Assembly (NCBI GenBank): GCA_964585095.1
Contig: CAZPCN010000001.1
Location: 238 to 64,237 of the forward strand
Source: an uncultured Syntrophaceae bacterium
GTDB lineage: Bacteria > Desulfobacterota > Syntrophia > Syntrophales > UBA2192
Length of the DNA stretch: 64,000 nt
Direction: 5' to 3'
Shown: positions 50,209 to 59,051 of the stretch, piece after piece
Position numbering within the stretch: position 1 is the first letter of the stretch
Layout: each line of letters starts with the position of its first letter
Notes under the pieces: model-generated
Database searches by the model: none
What the model saw: the letters and a program-made list of their open reading frames with translations, nothing else
Told to the model about the DNA's origin: nothing
Made by a program: the position numbers and the translations under genes

Positions 50209-51207
50209 CTATTTTTTGCGAAATACAATTTTTTGCGTATGCTGAGGATATGACCAACTTTCTTTGGGCGTATATGTTATGGTGCCTTTCAACGTTCTTG
50301 AATCCGCAAGAGTAAGGGTAAACTTTATCTCCTCTTTTGACGTGTGTTTAGCGCCAGGGAGCAATTGCTCCCAGACAACCTCAAAATATATATTATTATT
50401 GTTATCTTGCTTGATAGGAATTTTGGTGTAGTGGTTAAATGACATTTGCTGATAATCCATTGTTGTTGGTGCATATAAATAAATCGAATCTTCTTCTATG
50501 ATAAACTGTACAGGCCACTCCGTGAATCCGCGTCTCGGGCTGTGATTTGCAATCCATTCTCCTTTGAGAATATTTTTTAATTTTGTTTCTTTTTCTGCCT
50601 TTTCCTTCTTGTATTCCAATTTATTAATGACACTTTTTACCTCGGCCGCATTTCCCGCTTTCGGTGCTAGACGAAGGTATTGTTTTAAGTTAGTAATCGC
50701 ATCGCCGTATTTCCCGACTTTTTCCTGTGTTAGGCCGAGATGATAATATAGGTTCGCCCAATTGGTAACGAGAGACCTTGCTTTTTCAAATTCGTTGATG
50801 GCCCCTTCATGGTTTCCCATCTCTACCGCAGCCATTCCACGGTCAAAGTGCCGTTTTGCTTCATCGGATAGTGCTCCTGCGTTTACGGAAGCGGCAGTAC
50901 AAGTCTGTTTGCAATCTTCTGCATTATCGAAAGGGACTACTCCGCCACATCCTCCCCAAATAAACGGCTTGCAAGCCTTGCTGTCGGTATCATAGTAATA
51001 TTTTTTGAATAATCCCTTACACGGGCCTGTTTCCGGTTTTAGAGAACATTTTTCTGTTGGCGACGCACCGGTTATGATGTCGGTAACATGACTGCCTGAA
51101 GAATCGGCAGCATAGGAGCTGCTGCCTGCCCCGATAGAAAAGACCAAGAGGCCTAACAGCAAAAGCCATTGGGCCCCATACCTCTGAACCCATCCTTTTT
51201 CATTCAT
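50209..51207 (-). CDS. Secreted Kunitz/BPTI-domain protein fused to TPR repeats and an unknown C-terminal domain
   Basis: CSLKPETGPCKGLFKKYYYDTDSKACKPFIWGGCGGVVPFDNAEDCKQTC has Cys spacing 8-15-7-11-3 (BPTI is 8-15-7-12-3) and shares the GPC and GGC motifs. TPR-like segment follows. ATG 51207 after GGAG. Confidence 0.8.
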   Translation of the reverse strand: MNEKGWVQRYGAQWLLLLGLLVFSIGAGSSSYAADSSGSHVTDIITGASPTEKCSLKPETGPCKGLFKKYYYDTDSKACKPFIWGGCGGVVPFDNAEDCKQTCTAASVNAGALSDEAKRHFDRGMAAVEMGNHEGAINEFEKARSLVTNWANLYYHLGLTQEKVGKYGDAITNLKQYLRLAPKAGNAAEVKSVINKLEYKKEKAEKETKLKNILKGEWIANHSPRRGFTEWPVQFIIEEDSIYLYAPTTMDYQQMSFNHYTKIPIKQDNNNNIYFEVVWEQLLPGAKHTSKEEIKFTLTLADSRTLKGTITYTPKESWSYPQHTQKIVFRKK

Positions 51208-51576
51208 GATCAACTCCACTGATTTGTGATTTTCGTCAGGCCGTAACCCTCAAGGCGTGGAATTGGTTACAATGAAAATACCACACACATTGGTAAAGAA
51301 TGAGAGGCAAACAACATGCCACATTCTTGATTTGTCGACTGTTTATTGAATTCCTGCAGCAGGTGATACGCATGGCAGGAAAACGGTTGCTGGGAAAGCT
51401 GCTGCAACTGAAAACGCGAAAGCCAGCTTGCCGATTCTGAGATGGGGCGGCTGACAGGACCGCAAAACGAGCGCACCGATTTCCTCAGGCCCCTGTATGC
51501 TTACCTTTACAAGCCCGGTATGCTACAATCCCCCGCCTTGACTAAGAAACAACCGCTGATCGGGGTGGAACGACAA

Positions 51577-52053
51577 ATGGCCGAATCCTGGGAAACTCGT
51601 CTGAAGCGCTGGGGGTTCAACTGGTTCCCGGTCTATCGCGCGACCGGGGCGCGGCTGGAGTACATCGCGTCGGACTGGCGCGAAGTCCGCATCCGGCTTC
51701 CGCTCAACTGGCGCACGCGCAATTACGTCGGGACGATCTTCGGGGGGAGCATGTACGGCGCCGTGGACCCGGTCTTCATGATCATGCTGATCAAGCTTCT
51801 CGGACCGGGCTACGAGGTCTGGGACAAGGCGGCGACCATCCGATTCCGGCAGCCCGGGCGCACCACCCTTCGCGCGACCTTCCGGATCGGTGCGGAGGAG
51901 CTGGATGCGATACGCGCCGCCGTGGCGCAAGATGGAAGAACGGAGAGGCCGTTCGCCGTCGATCTGAAGGACGGGCAGGGGCAGGTGTGTTTCAGCTGCG
52001 AGAAACTTTTGAGCATCCGAAGGCGTGACGGGAACCGGCGGGCAAGCCGCTGA
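51577..52053 (+). CDS. DUF4442 / YiiD_C-type hot-dog fold (thioesterase-like) protein
   Basis: WGFNWFPVYRATGARLEYIASDWREVRIRLPL..NYVGTIFGGSMYGAVDPVFM. Family recalled from memory. Confidence 0.7.
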   Translation: MAESWETRLKRWGFNWFPVYRATGARLEYIASDWREVRIRLPLNWRTRNYVGTIFGGSMYGAVDPVFMIMLIKLLGPGYEVWDKAATIRFRQPGRTTLRATFRIGAEELDAIRAAVAQDGRTERPFAVDLKDGQGQVCFSCEKLLSIRRRDGNRRASR

Positions 52054-52073
52054 GACGGCAGCCCCCCGCGCCG

Positions 52074-53399
52074 TCAATCGTTCTTCACCCGCTCGGCGAT
52101 CTCGCGCACCTCGTCCATGACCTTCTGCACGTCGAGCGTGAGCAGCTCGCGGTTTCTCATGACGACCTTCCCGTCAATGATCGAATCCCTCACGTCGCTG
52201 CCGCGGCAGGCATACACGATCTGGGAGCAGGGGTGGTACAGGGGGGTGAGGTGCGGCCGGCGCAGGTCGATCACGATGAGGTCGGCCCGCTTGCCCGGTT
52301 CGATCGTCCCGACGAGGTCCTGGAGCCCCAGCAACCGGGCGCCCCCGATCGTGGCGATCCGCAGCGCCGTCTCGGCGTCCATGGCGGTCGGGTTCATCGT
52401 CGCCACCTTGTGCAGCTTCGCCATCGTGTCGAGCTCCAGGAGCATGTCCAGGTCGTTGTTGCTTGCGCAGCCGTCCGTGCCGAGGCCCACGGCCACACAG
52501 CGGGCAAGCAATCCCGGGATCGGGGCAATCCCCGAGGCGAGCTTCATGTTGCTCTCGGGGCAGTGGCACACCCCTGTGCCGCTTTGAGCCAGGATGTCCA
52601 TCTCGTCGTCTTCCAGCCAGACCCCGTGCACGATCGCGCACTGCCCCCCGAGGATCCCGAGCGAGCGGAGGTGATGAACGGGCCGTGCCCCGTAGCGAGA
52701 CAGGACGATGTCCACCTCTTCCTTCGTCTCCGACAGGTGCATCATGAAGGGAACGCCGGTCCCGTCGGCGACGCGCTTCACCGTCCGGAGCGTCTCCGGG
52801 TCGCAGGTGTAGGCCGAGTGGCAGAACAGGGAAGGGGTGACCATGGGCGACAGGGGGCGCCACTTCGCGATGAAGCTCTCCGCCGCCGCCGCCTTTTTGC
52901 GCAGCTCCTCCGCATCGGGCGGCTTGAAGTCGATGAACCCCTGACCCGCCACGATGCGCATGCCCGACTCGACGGCGGCCCGGACGACATTGCTCTCGTA
53001 GAAGTAGCTGTCGCAGCAGGTCGTCGTCCCCGAGAGGATCATCTCGGCCATCGCCAGCAGGGCGCCCCTGTAGATCATCTCGCGGTTGACGTGCTTCGCT
53101 TCGGCGGGGAACATGTGCTCGTGGAGCCACTCCATGAGCGGCAGATCGTCGGCCAGCCCCCGGAAACAGGTCATGGGCAGGTGGGTGTGGGTGTTGACGA
53201 GGCCGGGCATGACGAGGCAGCCCGCGGCATCGAGAGTCTCCCCGGGGATGACCGCGGGGGCGTCGCGGCGGGCGCAGGCAAAGAGGATCGTGCCGCCCGA
53301 GATGCCCACCACCGCGTCGTCGATCGTGACGGCGGGGCCCGCCAGGGTGAGAAGCGTCCCCCCGGAGACGAGAAGGTCGATCGGTTGTGCCGCCGGCAT
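52074..53399 (-). CDS. MtaD/TrzA-family amidohydrolase (MTA/SAH-type nucleoside deaminase-like), copy 1
   Basis: 441 aa from ATG 53399: PGLVNTHTHLPMTCFRGLADDLPLMEWLHEHMFPAEAK, HLSET, VHGVWL, GLGTDGCASNN. Confidence 0.88.
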   Translation of the reverse strand: MPAAQPIDLLVSGGTLLTLAGPAVTIDDAVVGISGGTILFACARRDAPAVIPGETLDAAGCLVMPGLVNTHTHLPMTCFRGLADDLPLMEWLHEHMFPAEAKHVNREMIYRGALLAMAEMILSGTTTCCDSYFYESNVVRAAVESGMRIVAGQGFIDFKPPDAEELRKKAAAAESFIAKWRPLSPMVTPSLFCHSAYTCDPETLRTVKRVADGTGVPFMMHLSETKEEVDIVLSRYGARPVHHLRSLGILGGQCAIVHGVWLEDDEMDILAQSGTGVCHCPESNMKLASGIAPIPGLLARCVAVGLGTDGCASNNDLDMLLELDTMAKLHKVATMNPTAMDAETALRIATIGGARLLGLQDLVGTIEPGKRADLIVIDLRRPHLTPLYHPCSQIVYACRGSDVRDSIIDGKVVMRNRELLTLDVQKVMDEVREIAERVKND

Positions 53400-53410
53400 C
53401 GTGTTTCCCC

Positions 53411-54736
53411 TCACATCCCGAGGCTTGCCCGGATGCGCCGGGCGATGGCGTTGACGCGGTCCATGGCCTCCCCCTCGTCGAAGGTGAGGATCTTTCGGTT
53501 GTCCATGACGAGGCGCCCGTTGATCACGACGTTGTCCACGTCGGAGCCTGTCGCACAGTAGACCAGGTGCGACTCCTCGTGATAGAGGGGCGTCAGGTGG
53601 GGCCGGTTGAAATCGAGCGTGATCACGTCGGCCTTCATGCCCGGCGCGAGCCTTCCCGCATCGGCCCCCAGGCCGAGGGCCCGGGCCCCGTCCACCGTCG
53701 CCATCCGCAGCACGGTTTTCGCGCTCATCGCCGTGGGGTCGAGCCGCGAGACCTTGTGGAGCTTGGCGGCCGTGTCCATCTCCTGGAGCATGTCGAGGTT
53801 GTTGTTGCTGGCGCAGCCGTCCGTGCCGAGGGCCACCGTGACCCCGGCGGACTGCAGGGCCGGCACGGGGGCGATGCCCGAGGCGAGCTTCATGTTGCTC
53901 TCCGGGTTGTGGACGGCCTTCGCCCCGGCGCGGGCCATCATCTCGATGTCCGCCTCGTCGAGCCAGACGCAGTGGAAGGCCAGCAGGTTCTCGTCGAGCA
54001 GGCCCGTGTCCCGCAGGAACCGCACGGGGCTTGAGCCCAGCTTCTCCGTCAGGCCCTCGCGCTCCGATTTTGTTTCCAGCAGGTGTAGCGACAGGGGAAC
54101 CCCGTGGCGGTCGGCCAGCGACTTGGACTTCTTCAACAGTTCCGGCGAGCAGGTGTAGAGGGCGTGAGGCTCCACGGTGATGCGCACGAGGTCGTGGCCC
54201 GCCCACTTCTTGATGAGGGACTCCGTGTAGGCAAGCCCCTCGTCGGGCGTCTTGAAATTGGGGGAGGGGAAGTCGAAGAGCACCTCGCCCAGCAGGCAGC
54301 GCATCCCGGCGAGACTGGCCGCCCTGGCCGTCTCGTCCTCGAAGATGTACATGTCGCAGAAGCACGTCGTGCCCGAGCGGATCATCTCGGCGCAGGCCAG
54401 CAGGCTGCCCCAGTAGGCAAGCTCGGGGTCCACGTTCTTCGCCTCGGCGGGGAAGATGTACTTATTGAGCCACTCCATCAGCTCGAGATCGTCGGCGATG
54501 CCCCTGAAGCAGGTCATGGCGGCGTGGGTGTGGGCGTTGACGAGCCCGGGCATGACAACGTGTCCTGCCGCGTCGATGACCCTGCGGCCGCGGTATTGGC
54601 TTCCGATGTCCGCCCGGGGTCCGACTTCAACGATCCGGTCGCCCCGAATCGCCACGGAGCCCGAGCGGATGATCCTGTCGGCGTCGTCAAGGGTCAGGAC
54701 GGTGCCGCCTTCGATGAGGATGTCGACTTCCTGCAT
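53411..54736 (-). CDS. MtaD/TrzA-family amidohydrolase, copy 2
   Basis: 441 aa: PGLVNAHTHAAMTCFRGIADDLELMEWLNKYIFPAEAK, HLLET, FHCVWL, ALGTDGCASNN. Confidence 0.88.
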   Translation of the reverse strand: MQEVDILIEGGTVLTLDDADRIIRSGSVAIRGDRIVEVGPRADIGSQYRGRRVIDAAGHVVMPGLVNAHTHAAMTCFRGIADDLELMEWLNKYIFPAEAKNVDPELAYWGSLLACAEMIRSGTTCFCDMYIFEDETARAASLAGMRCLLGEVLFDFPSPNFKTPDEGLAYTESLIKKWAGHDLVRITVEPHALYTCSPELLKKSKSLADRHGVPLSLHLLETKSEREGLTEKLGSSPVRFLRDTGLLDENLLAFHCVWLDEADIEMMARAGAKAVHNPESNMKLASGIAPVPALQSAGVTVALGTDGCASNNNLDMLQEMDTAAKLHKVSRLDPTAMSAKTVLRMATVDGARALGLGADAGRLAPGMKADVITLDFNRPHLTPLYHEESHLVYCATGSDVDNVVINGRLVMDNRKILTFDEGEAMDRVNAIARRIRASLGM

Positions 54737-54809
54737 GTGCTGTTTCCCGCCGCCTCGCTCCTTGACAGCGCGACGCGAAAATACTATAAATGCCGAAACT
54801 TATCGCACG

Positions 54810-54897
54810 GCCTGGGTGGCGGAACTGGTAGACGCAAGGGACTTAAAATCCCTCGGTACCTCGTACTGTGCGGGTTCGATTCCCGCCCCAGGCACCA
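54810..54897 (+). tRNA. tRNA-Leu (anticodon UAA), long variable arm, CCA encoded
   Basis: Acceptor GCCTGGG/CCCAGGC. Anticodon stem AGGGA/TCCCT with loop CTTAAAA. T arm GCGGG-TTCGATT-CCCGC. Discriminator A + CCA. Confidence 0.93.
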
Positions 54898-55113
54898 AGC
54901 CATTCCCCGGACCGAAGGCGAGATCGATGCGCCCTGGATCAGGCGCAGCCCTCCGACCGCCGGCCGCATCCATAAAAGACTTTTTTCCCTTCTCCGTCAA
55001 GACAAAGTGTGCCCCAGGAGGCAATCAAACCGGATGTCCACTGACAGTCGATAAAGGGACCTGCGCCGGGGCAAGTCGATGTTGACATCCCGGCTAGGCC
55101 CGTTCGCCGTCAC

Positions 55114-56355
55114 TCAACCGGCCAGCATATAGAACATGGCGGCCGGAATGCTGTAACAATTTCCCGGAAAGGCCTCCGGTTTCATCCCTTTGCCGACAAT
55201 TCCGTAGAAAGGCACTCCCAGCATCGCGGCGAATCGCCGTCCAGCCCCCATGTCTGCCGCAGTTCCCGTCTTTGCTTCGAAGAGGGCGAGCGGGACGTTC
55301 TCCTTCACCAACAGAAAATCGACCTCTCGTTTCTCCTTGTCGCGGACGTAGGCGATCTCGAATCTTCCCTGGCCCCTCTCTGTGAATCGAGCTGCCATTC
55401 TCAGCAGCGTAACGGCAGTCATGTTTTCGAACCGCGCTCCCGGATCTTCGAGACTCGACCAGTCATGGAAATAAAGTTTCGGTTCCTTCTTGATGGCGCG
55501 GGTCACGTTTTGCTGCCAGGGCCGTATCGTAAAAACGAGATAAATTTCTTTGAGCATTTCAATCCAGTTTGCGATGGTCCTGTGGTTATAGCTCAGGTCC
55601 TCGCTCAGGGAATTGACGCTTAAAAGAGACCCGACCTTCGAAGGCAGCAGGGTCACGAGGTGCTCGAGCCCGCGAATATCCGATATACGAGACAAGTCGC
55701 GCACATCTTCCCGGGTCAGCAGGGTCCTGTAGTCCTGCTGCCAGCGATTCAGAAACCTCGGCGAGGCTCGAAGGAGGGGTTCGGGAAATCCCCCGTACCG
55801 GAGGAGCCTTTCGAGGGCATCCGTGTAACGATCGGCCTTTATCTTCCTGCCGCGGTCCAGGAGAGTCCGTCCGTCCGTTATCTGTTTGTAATCTTCAATT
55901 ACGAAGGAAAATTCATCCGCGATCTCTGGAAGGCCGACCGGAAACATCTGAAATGAAACGTAGCGCCCGACAAGCGAGTCTCCCGACTTACCGTACAGGC
56001 CGAGCCTTGCGCTGCCCGTAACGAGCAGGGCCATCCGTTCTTTGCTGGTGTCGTAGATCCCCTTGAGAAGATTCTTCCACCCCTTCTGCTTGTGAATCTC
56101 GTCAAAAACCACGGGTACGGGTTTTCCGTCGTATGCGTCATCGATTACGTTTCGAAAGAAAAGCGGGTTTCTCCTGTACTGACCCATTACTGAGGGGTCA
56201 TCCCAGTTGAAGTACGTCACCCGGGAACCGGCCTCCCTGTCGAGCCAGTTCAGCGCGAATGTCGTCTTTCCGACCTGTCTCGGACCGGTCAGAAAAATCA
56301 TCTTTCCCGCAGTCAACTCCGGGTCGAACAGGTACTTGTCGATGATTCGCTGCAT
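55114..56355 (-). CDS. AAA-type ATPase with DUF4143-like C-terminal domain
   Basis: Walker A LTGPRQVGKTT, Walker B VVFDEIH. C-terminal ..REVDFLL..ALFEAK resembles the restriction-endonuclease-like DUF4143 fold. Noticeably lower GC than its neighbours. Confidence 0.8.
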   Translation of the reverse strand: MQRIIDKYLFDPELTAGKMIFLTGPRQVGKTTFALNWLDREAGSRVTYFNWDDPSVMGQYRRNPLFFRNVIDDAYDGKPVPVVFDEIHKQKGWKNLLKGIYDTSKERMALLVTGSARLGLYGKSGDSLVGRYVSFQMFPVGLPEIADEFSFVIEDYKQITDGRTLLDRGRKIKADRYTDALERLLRYGGFPEPLLRASPRFLNRWQQDYRTLLTREDVRDLSRISDIRGLEHLVTLLPSKVGSLLSVNSLSEDLSYNHRTIANWIEMLKEIYLVFTIRPWQQNVTRAIKKEPKLYFHDWSSLEDPGARFENMTAVTLLRMAARFTERGQGRFEIAYVRDKEKREVDFLLVKENVPLALFEAKTGTAADMGAGRRFAAMLGVPFYGIVGKGMKPEAFPGNCYSIPAAMFYMLAG

Positions 56356-56556
56356 GTGGCCATGTTGTATATTTATACAAATTAGTCAAGACTTTTCTGC
56401 ACGGTCATGCAAACGAGTCTTGTCTTCCCGAGCCCGGTATCCTGCCGCTTCGAAGCGGACCGCGTTTCGACTATGTCGGGGCGGTTGCCCGTTACTGGAC
56501 ATCATGGTCGGGGAGCGGTCGTACTTGAGCTGCCGCTGTCATGATGACGTTCTACA

Positions 56557-57000
56557 TCACTTGCACGGTCCCACCCACTTGCCGTTCAAGTGCTGGGTCA
56601 TCTCCATGGCGCCCTTGCTGCCATCGGGCATGCGGACCTTGACGTCGCCCTCGAGGATGTCGCCCTTGTAGGTCATCGTCCCGGTGTTGATGACCGTGCC
56701 CTCCTCCGCCTTGCACTCGACGACCCAGGAGACCGTGTCCCCCTTGACCTCGCGCTTGACTTCCTTGCAGTGGGTCTGACCCGGTTGCTCCTGTGTTTTG
56801 GGAACCATGTCCTTCTGGGTGAGGCACTGCCTGTAGGTCTGCGGCGGCATCTGCACGGGCATGCCCGGCATGTCCATCTTGATCGAAATCTCCCAGAGGC
56901 CTTCCTTCATGCTGGGGCCGCTTTGCCCGCCTCCGCAGGCGGCGAGCGATGCGATGAGCAGGGAAACGACAATGAGCGCGATCCTGGTCCTGTGCGGCAT
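56557..57000 (-). CDS. DUF3617-type lipoprotein
   Basis: Lipobox SLAAC, then GLWEISIKMDMPGMP..YRQCLT..C..V.C... ATG preceded by AGGAGG. Confidence 0.7.
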   Translation of the reverse strand: MPHRTRIALIVVSLLIASLAACGGGQSGPSMKEGLWEISIKMDMPGMPVQMPPQTYRQCLTQKDMVPKTQEQPGQTHCKEVKREVKGDTVSWVVECKAEEGTVINTGTMTYKGDILEGDVKVRMPDGSKGAMEMTQHLNGKWVGPCK

Positions 57001-57217
57001 GATGTATCCTCCTTGTGGGGAATCGAAATTCCATCAGCGAATGCCGGGACAGATAGGGAAGCAAGGAATCGGCCAACCGGAAAAGAGGGGCTGAAATGGA
57101 TGCCTTTAGCGCGAAATTTGCAAGGGAGGACGGCGGATTTTCCGGGCGGGACAGGGGTTAAGTTTCCCTCGATCCCGACCGATGCTGAACCATAAACCTT
57201 ATCGGGAGGTCTTTCCA

Positions 57218-57709
57218 ATGCGGTGGTTGATGGGAGTGGGGTTTGCCGTCCTTTTCTGTGCCCTTGTCGTCGTCGTGCCCGGTCCGGCAGGCGCCGCCAC
57301 GTGCGTGCAAACCCAGAAGCAATGCGTCCAGAAGCAGCGCAAATGTGTCCAGACAAAGAAGGTCTGCGCCCAGACGACGCGCCGCTGCGCCGAGCAGAAG
57401 CAGCAGTGCCTCGCGCGCAACACGAAAACCGGGCAGTGCGTGTCGACCCAGACGGTGTGCGCGAGGTGGGAGGACACCTGCTCCCGCTACCAGGAGACCT
57501 GCGCTCAGTACGAGGACGTCTGTACGCAGTGGAAGGACGTGTGCGTCAAGTACAGCAATCCCCAGGCATGCTACAACGGCTGCCTGCAGACCCAGCAGTC
57601 CTGCGGAAACCGGTGCGGCCAGCTGCGCGATCTGGTCGAGCAGAACCGCTGCGTCAACCGCTGCAACGACGCCTGGCAGCGCTGCCAGGACCAGTGCAAC
57701 CGGCAGTGA
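57218..57709 (+). CDS. Secreted cysteine-heptad (C-x6-C ladder) protein, unknown family
   Basis: Signal MRWLMGVGFAVLFCALVVVVPGPAGA. The mature part has 20 Cys: five C-x6-C intervals, then C-x9-C, then five more C-x6-C, then a C-x3-C/C-x6-C tail. GGGAGG lies 8 nt before the ATG. Confidence 0.75.
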   Translation: MRWLMGVGFAVLFCALVVVVPGPAGAATCVQTQKQCVQKQRKCVQTKKVCAQTTRRCAEQKQQCLARNTKTGQCVSTQTVCARWEDTCSRYQETCAQYEDVCTQWKDVCVKYSNPQACYNGCLQTQQSCGNRCGQLRDLVEQNRCVNRCNDAWQRCQDQCNRQ

Positions 57710-57980
57710 CGAGGACAGGGCGGGACGTTTCTGAAAAGAGGGGCAAACTTTCACGGTCCTTGCATGTCCGATACGGGACCCATCCCATGCCCCGGCGCTC
57801 CGGGCAGTGGGCCCTCGCGGCGGCCTCTGCGCGAAGGCATACGGGAGGATGCGGGGATTGAGACCGTCAGCCGTGCGCCGTCAAAACCATGCGGGGGAGC
57901 GTCAAGCAACCGCCGGGTGCGGCCGGTTTTATGGCGATTTCGGGGGTCGCGTCCCGCGTGTTCTGCCATCGGGATTCACA

Positions 57981-58009
57981 TTGACAGGGACAAAGCGTTT
58001 TTTTATACT
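57981..58009 (+). promoter_or_regulatory. Near-consensus sigma-70 promoter of the DUF4384-caspase operon
   Basis: TTGACA (57981-57986), exactly 17-nt spacer, TATACT (58004-58009). About 120-nt leader to ATG 58139. Confidence 0.65.
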
Positions 58010-58138
58010 CCCCGCAGCTTTTCGAGAGTCGCCGGCTGCGGTGGGGAAGGGTTGAGATGCCGCAGGCCCGGCGGGTGCCGAGTCTGCGTTTCTGCAGCAT
58101 AAAAAGAGGAAGACACAGCATCACAGGGAGGTTTCAGC

Positions 58139-59038
58139 ATGATGAGAAAGCATTGGGCGTTTCTCGCGGTCCTGACGTTCGTCTGCACCATGGTCCTCAT
58201 TCCCATGGCTGCGGACGCCCAGAAATCCCCCAAGGGGGCCAAGGCGATTTTCGACAGCGGCGACGGCGCAGCCGTCCGGATGTCCTCCGGCGGGCCGGCA
58301 CCGGCCACGGCGTCCGCGCCGAAGGCCGAAAAGTACGTGGGCGTTTCCTACAAGATCGCGCTCATGAAACCCAACGGCGATTTCTCGATCGTCCCGCGGA
58401 CGCGGACCTTCAAGTCCGGCGAGCGCATCAAGCTGCTCGTACGCACGAACCGGCCGGGCTACCTCACCATCATGAACATCGGGCCCACGGGCAACACGCA
58501 CGTCCTCTTCAACGAGTACGTGGAAGGCAAGCAGCTCTACGAGATCCCCAAGGCGACCTCCCTGCGGTTTGCCGGCGCGCCCGGCACCGAGAAGGTCATG
58601 ATCATGCTGTCCAACAACCAGAACCCGATCGTGGGCGGGCAGACGACCACCGTCGCCAGCGCTCCCCCCATGGCTCCCCCGGCGGCCCCCCCGGTGATGC
58701 CCCCGCCCGCGTCCGACCCGGGCGGCTCGGCCCCCCCGAGCATGCCTCCGCCGCCTCCCGGCCCCGTGGCGGACGCCGGCAGCAGCCTGCCCCCGCCCCC
58801 GCCGATGGCCATTGCCAGCAGCATGCAGGGCTCCAAGGACATCGTGATGGAAGACCACAACAAGACGGGCTATGCCGTGATCTCCCCCAAGGCGGGTTGG
58901 AAGCCCACGGCCAAGGGGACCAAGGACATCATGCTGGAAAGCGACGTCCGTGACGGCAGCAACTACGGTGTCGTGCCGGCCTCGGCGATCGACGAGGGGG
59001 GTATCCTCACCCTGGACCTCAAGCTGACGCACAAGTAG
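58139..59038 (+). CDS. Exported DUF4384-domain protein with poly-Pro linker
   Basis: Signal peptide. FKSGERIKLLVRTNRPGYLTIMNIGPTGNTHVLF matches the DUF4384 pattern as recalled. Then PPMAPPAAPPVMPPPAS..PPPPPGP linker and a C-terminal domain. Confidence 0.75.
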   Translation: MMRKHWAFLAVLTFVCTMVLIPMAADAQKSPKGAKAIFDSGDGAAVRMSSGGPAPATASAPKAEKYVGVSYKIALMKPNGDFSIVPRTRTFKSGERIKLLVRTNRPGYLTIMNIGPTGNTHVLFNEYVEGKQLYEIPKATSLRFAGAPGTEKVMIMLSNNQNPIVGGQTTTVASAPPMAPPAAPPVMPPPASDPGGSAPPSMPPPPPGPVADAGSSLPPPPPMAIASSMQGSKDIVMEDHNKTGYAVISPKAGWKPTAKGTKDIMLESDVRDGSNYGVVPASAIDEGGILTLDLKLTHK

Positions 59039-59051
59039 GGGAGGGCTCTTC

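Larger units (their letters stand above)
49650..51500. other. AT-rich islet (probable horizontally acquired segment) carrying two secreted Cys-rich protein genes
   Basis: Hand count: 50401-50460 has 20/60 G+C, versus 41/60 for 49501-49560. The composition change is abrupt at both borders. No mobility gene is present. Confidence 0.65.

Noticed and set aside
51267-51476. 69-aa minus-strand ORF in the AT-rich islet border.
   Set aside because: No RBS, no motif and odd composition. It most likely lies in the promoter/untranslated region of the Kunitz-domain gene.
52074-54365. 763-aa ORF suggesting a giant fused amidohydrolase.
   Set aside because: Only the C-terminal 441 aa (from ATG 53399) match the amidohydrolase family. 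The upstream ~320 codons run out of frame through the second, independently complete paralog (53411..54736).
54898-57200. Possible tRNA-Leu-anchored genomic island with att repeat.
   Set aside because: No copy of the tRNA 3' end (…GGTTCGATTCCCGCCCCAGGCACCA) or a sizeable fragment of it was seen downstream, and no integrase is present. Only the lower GC of the ATPase gene remains as evidence.
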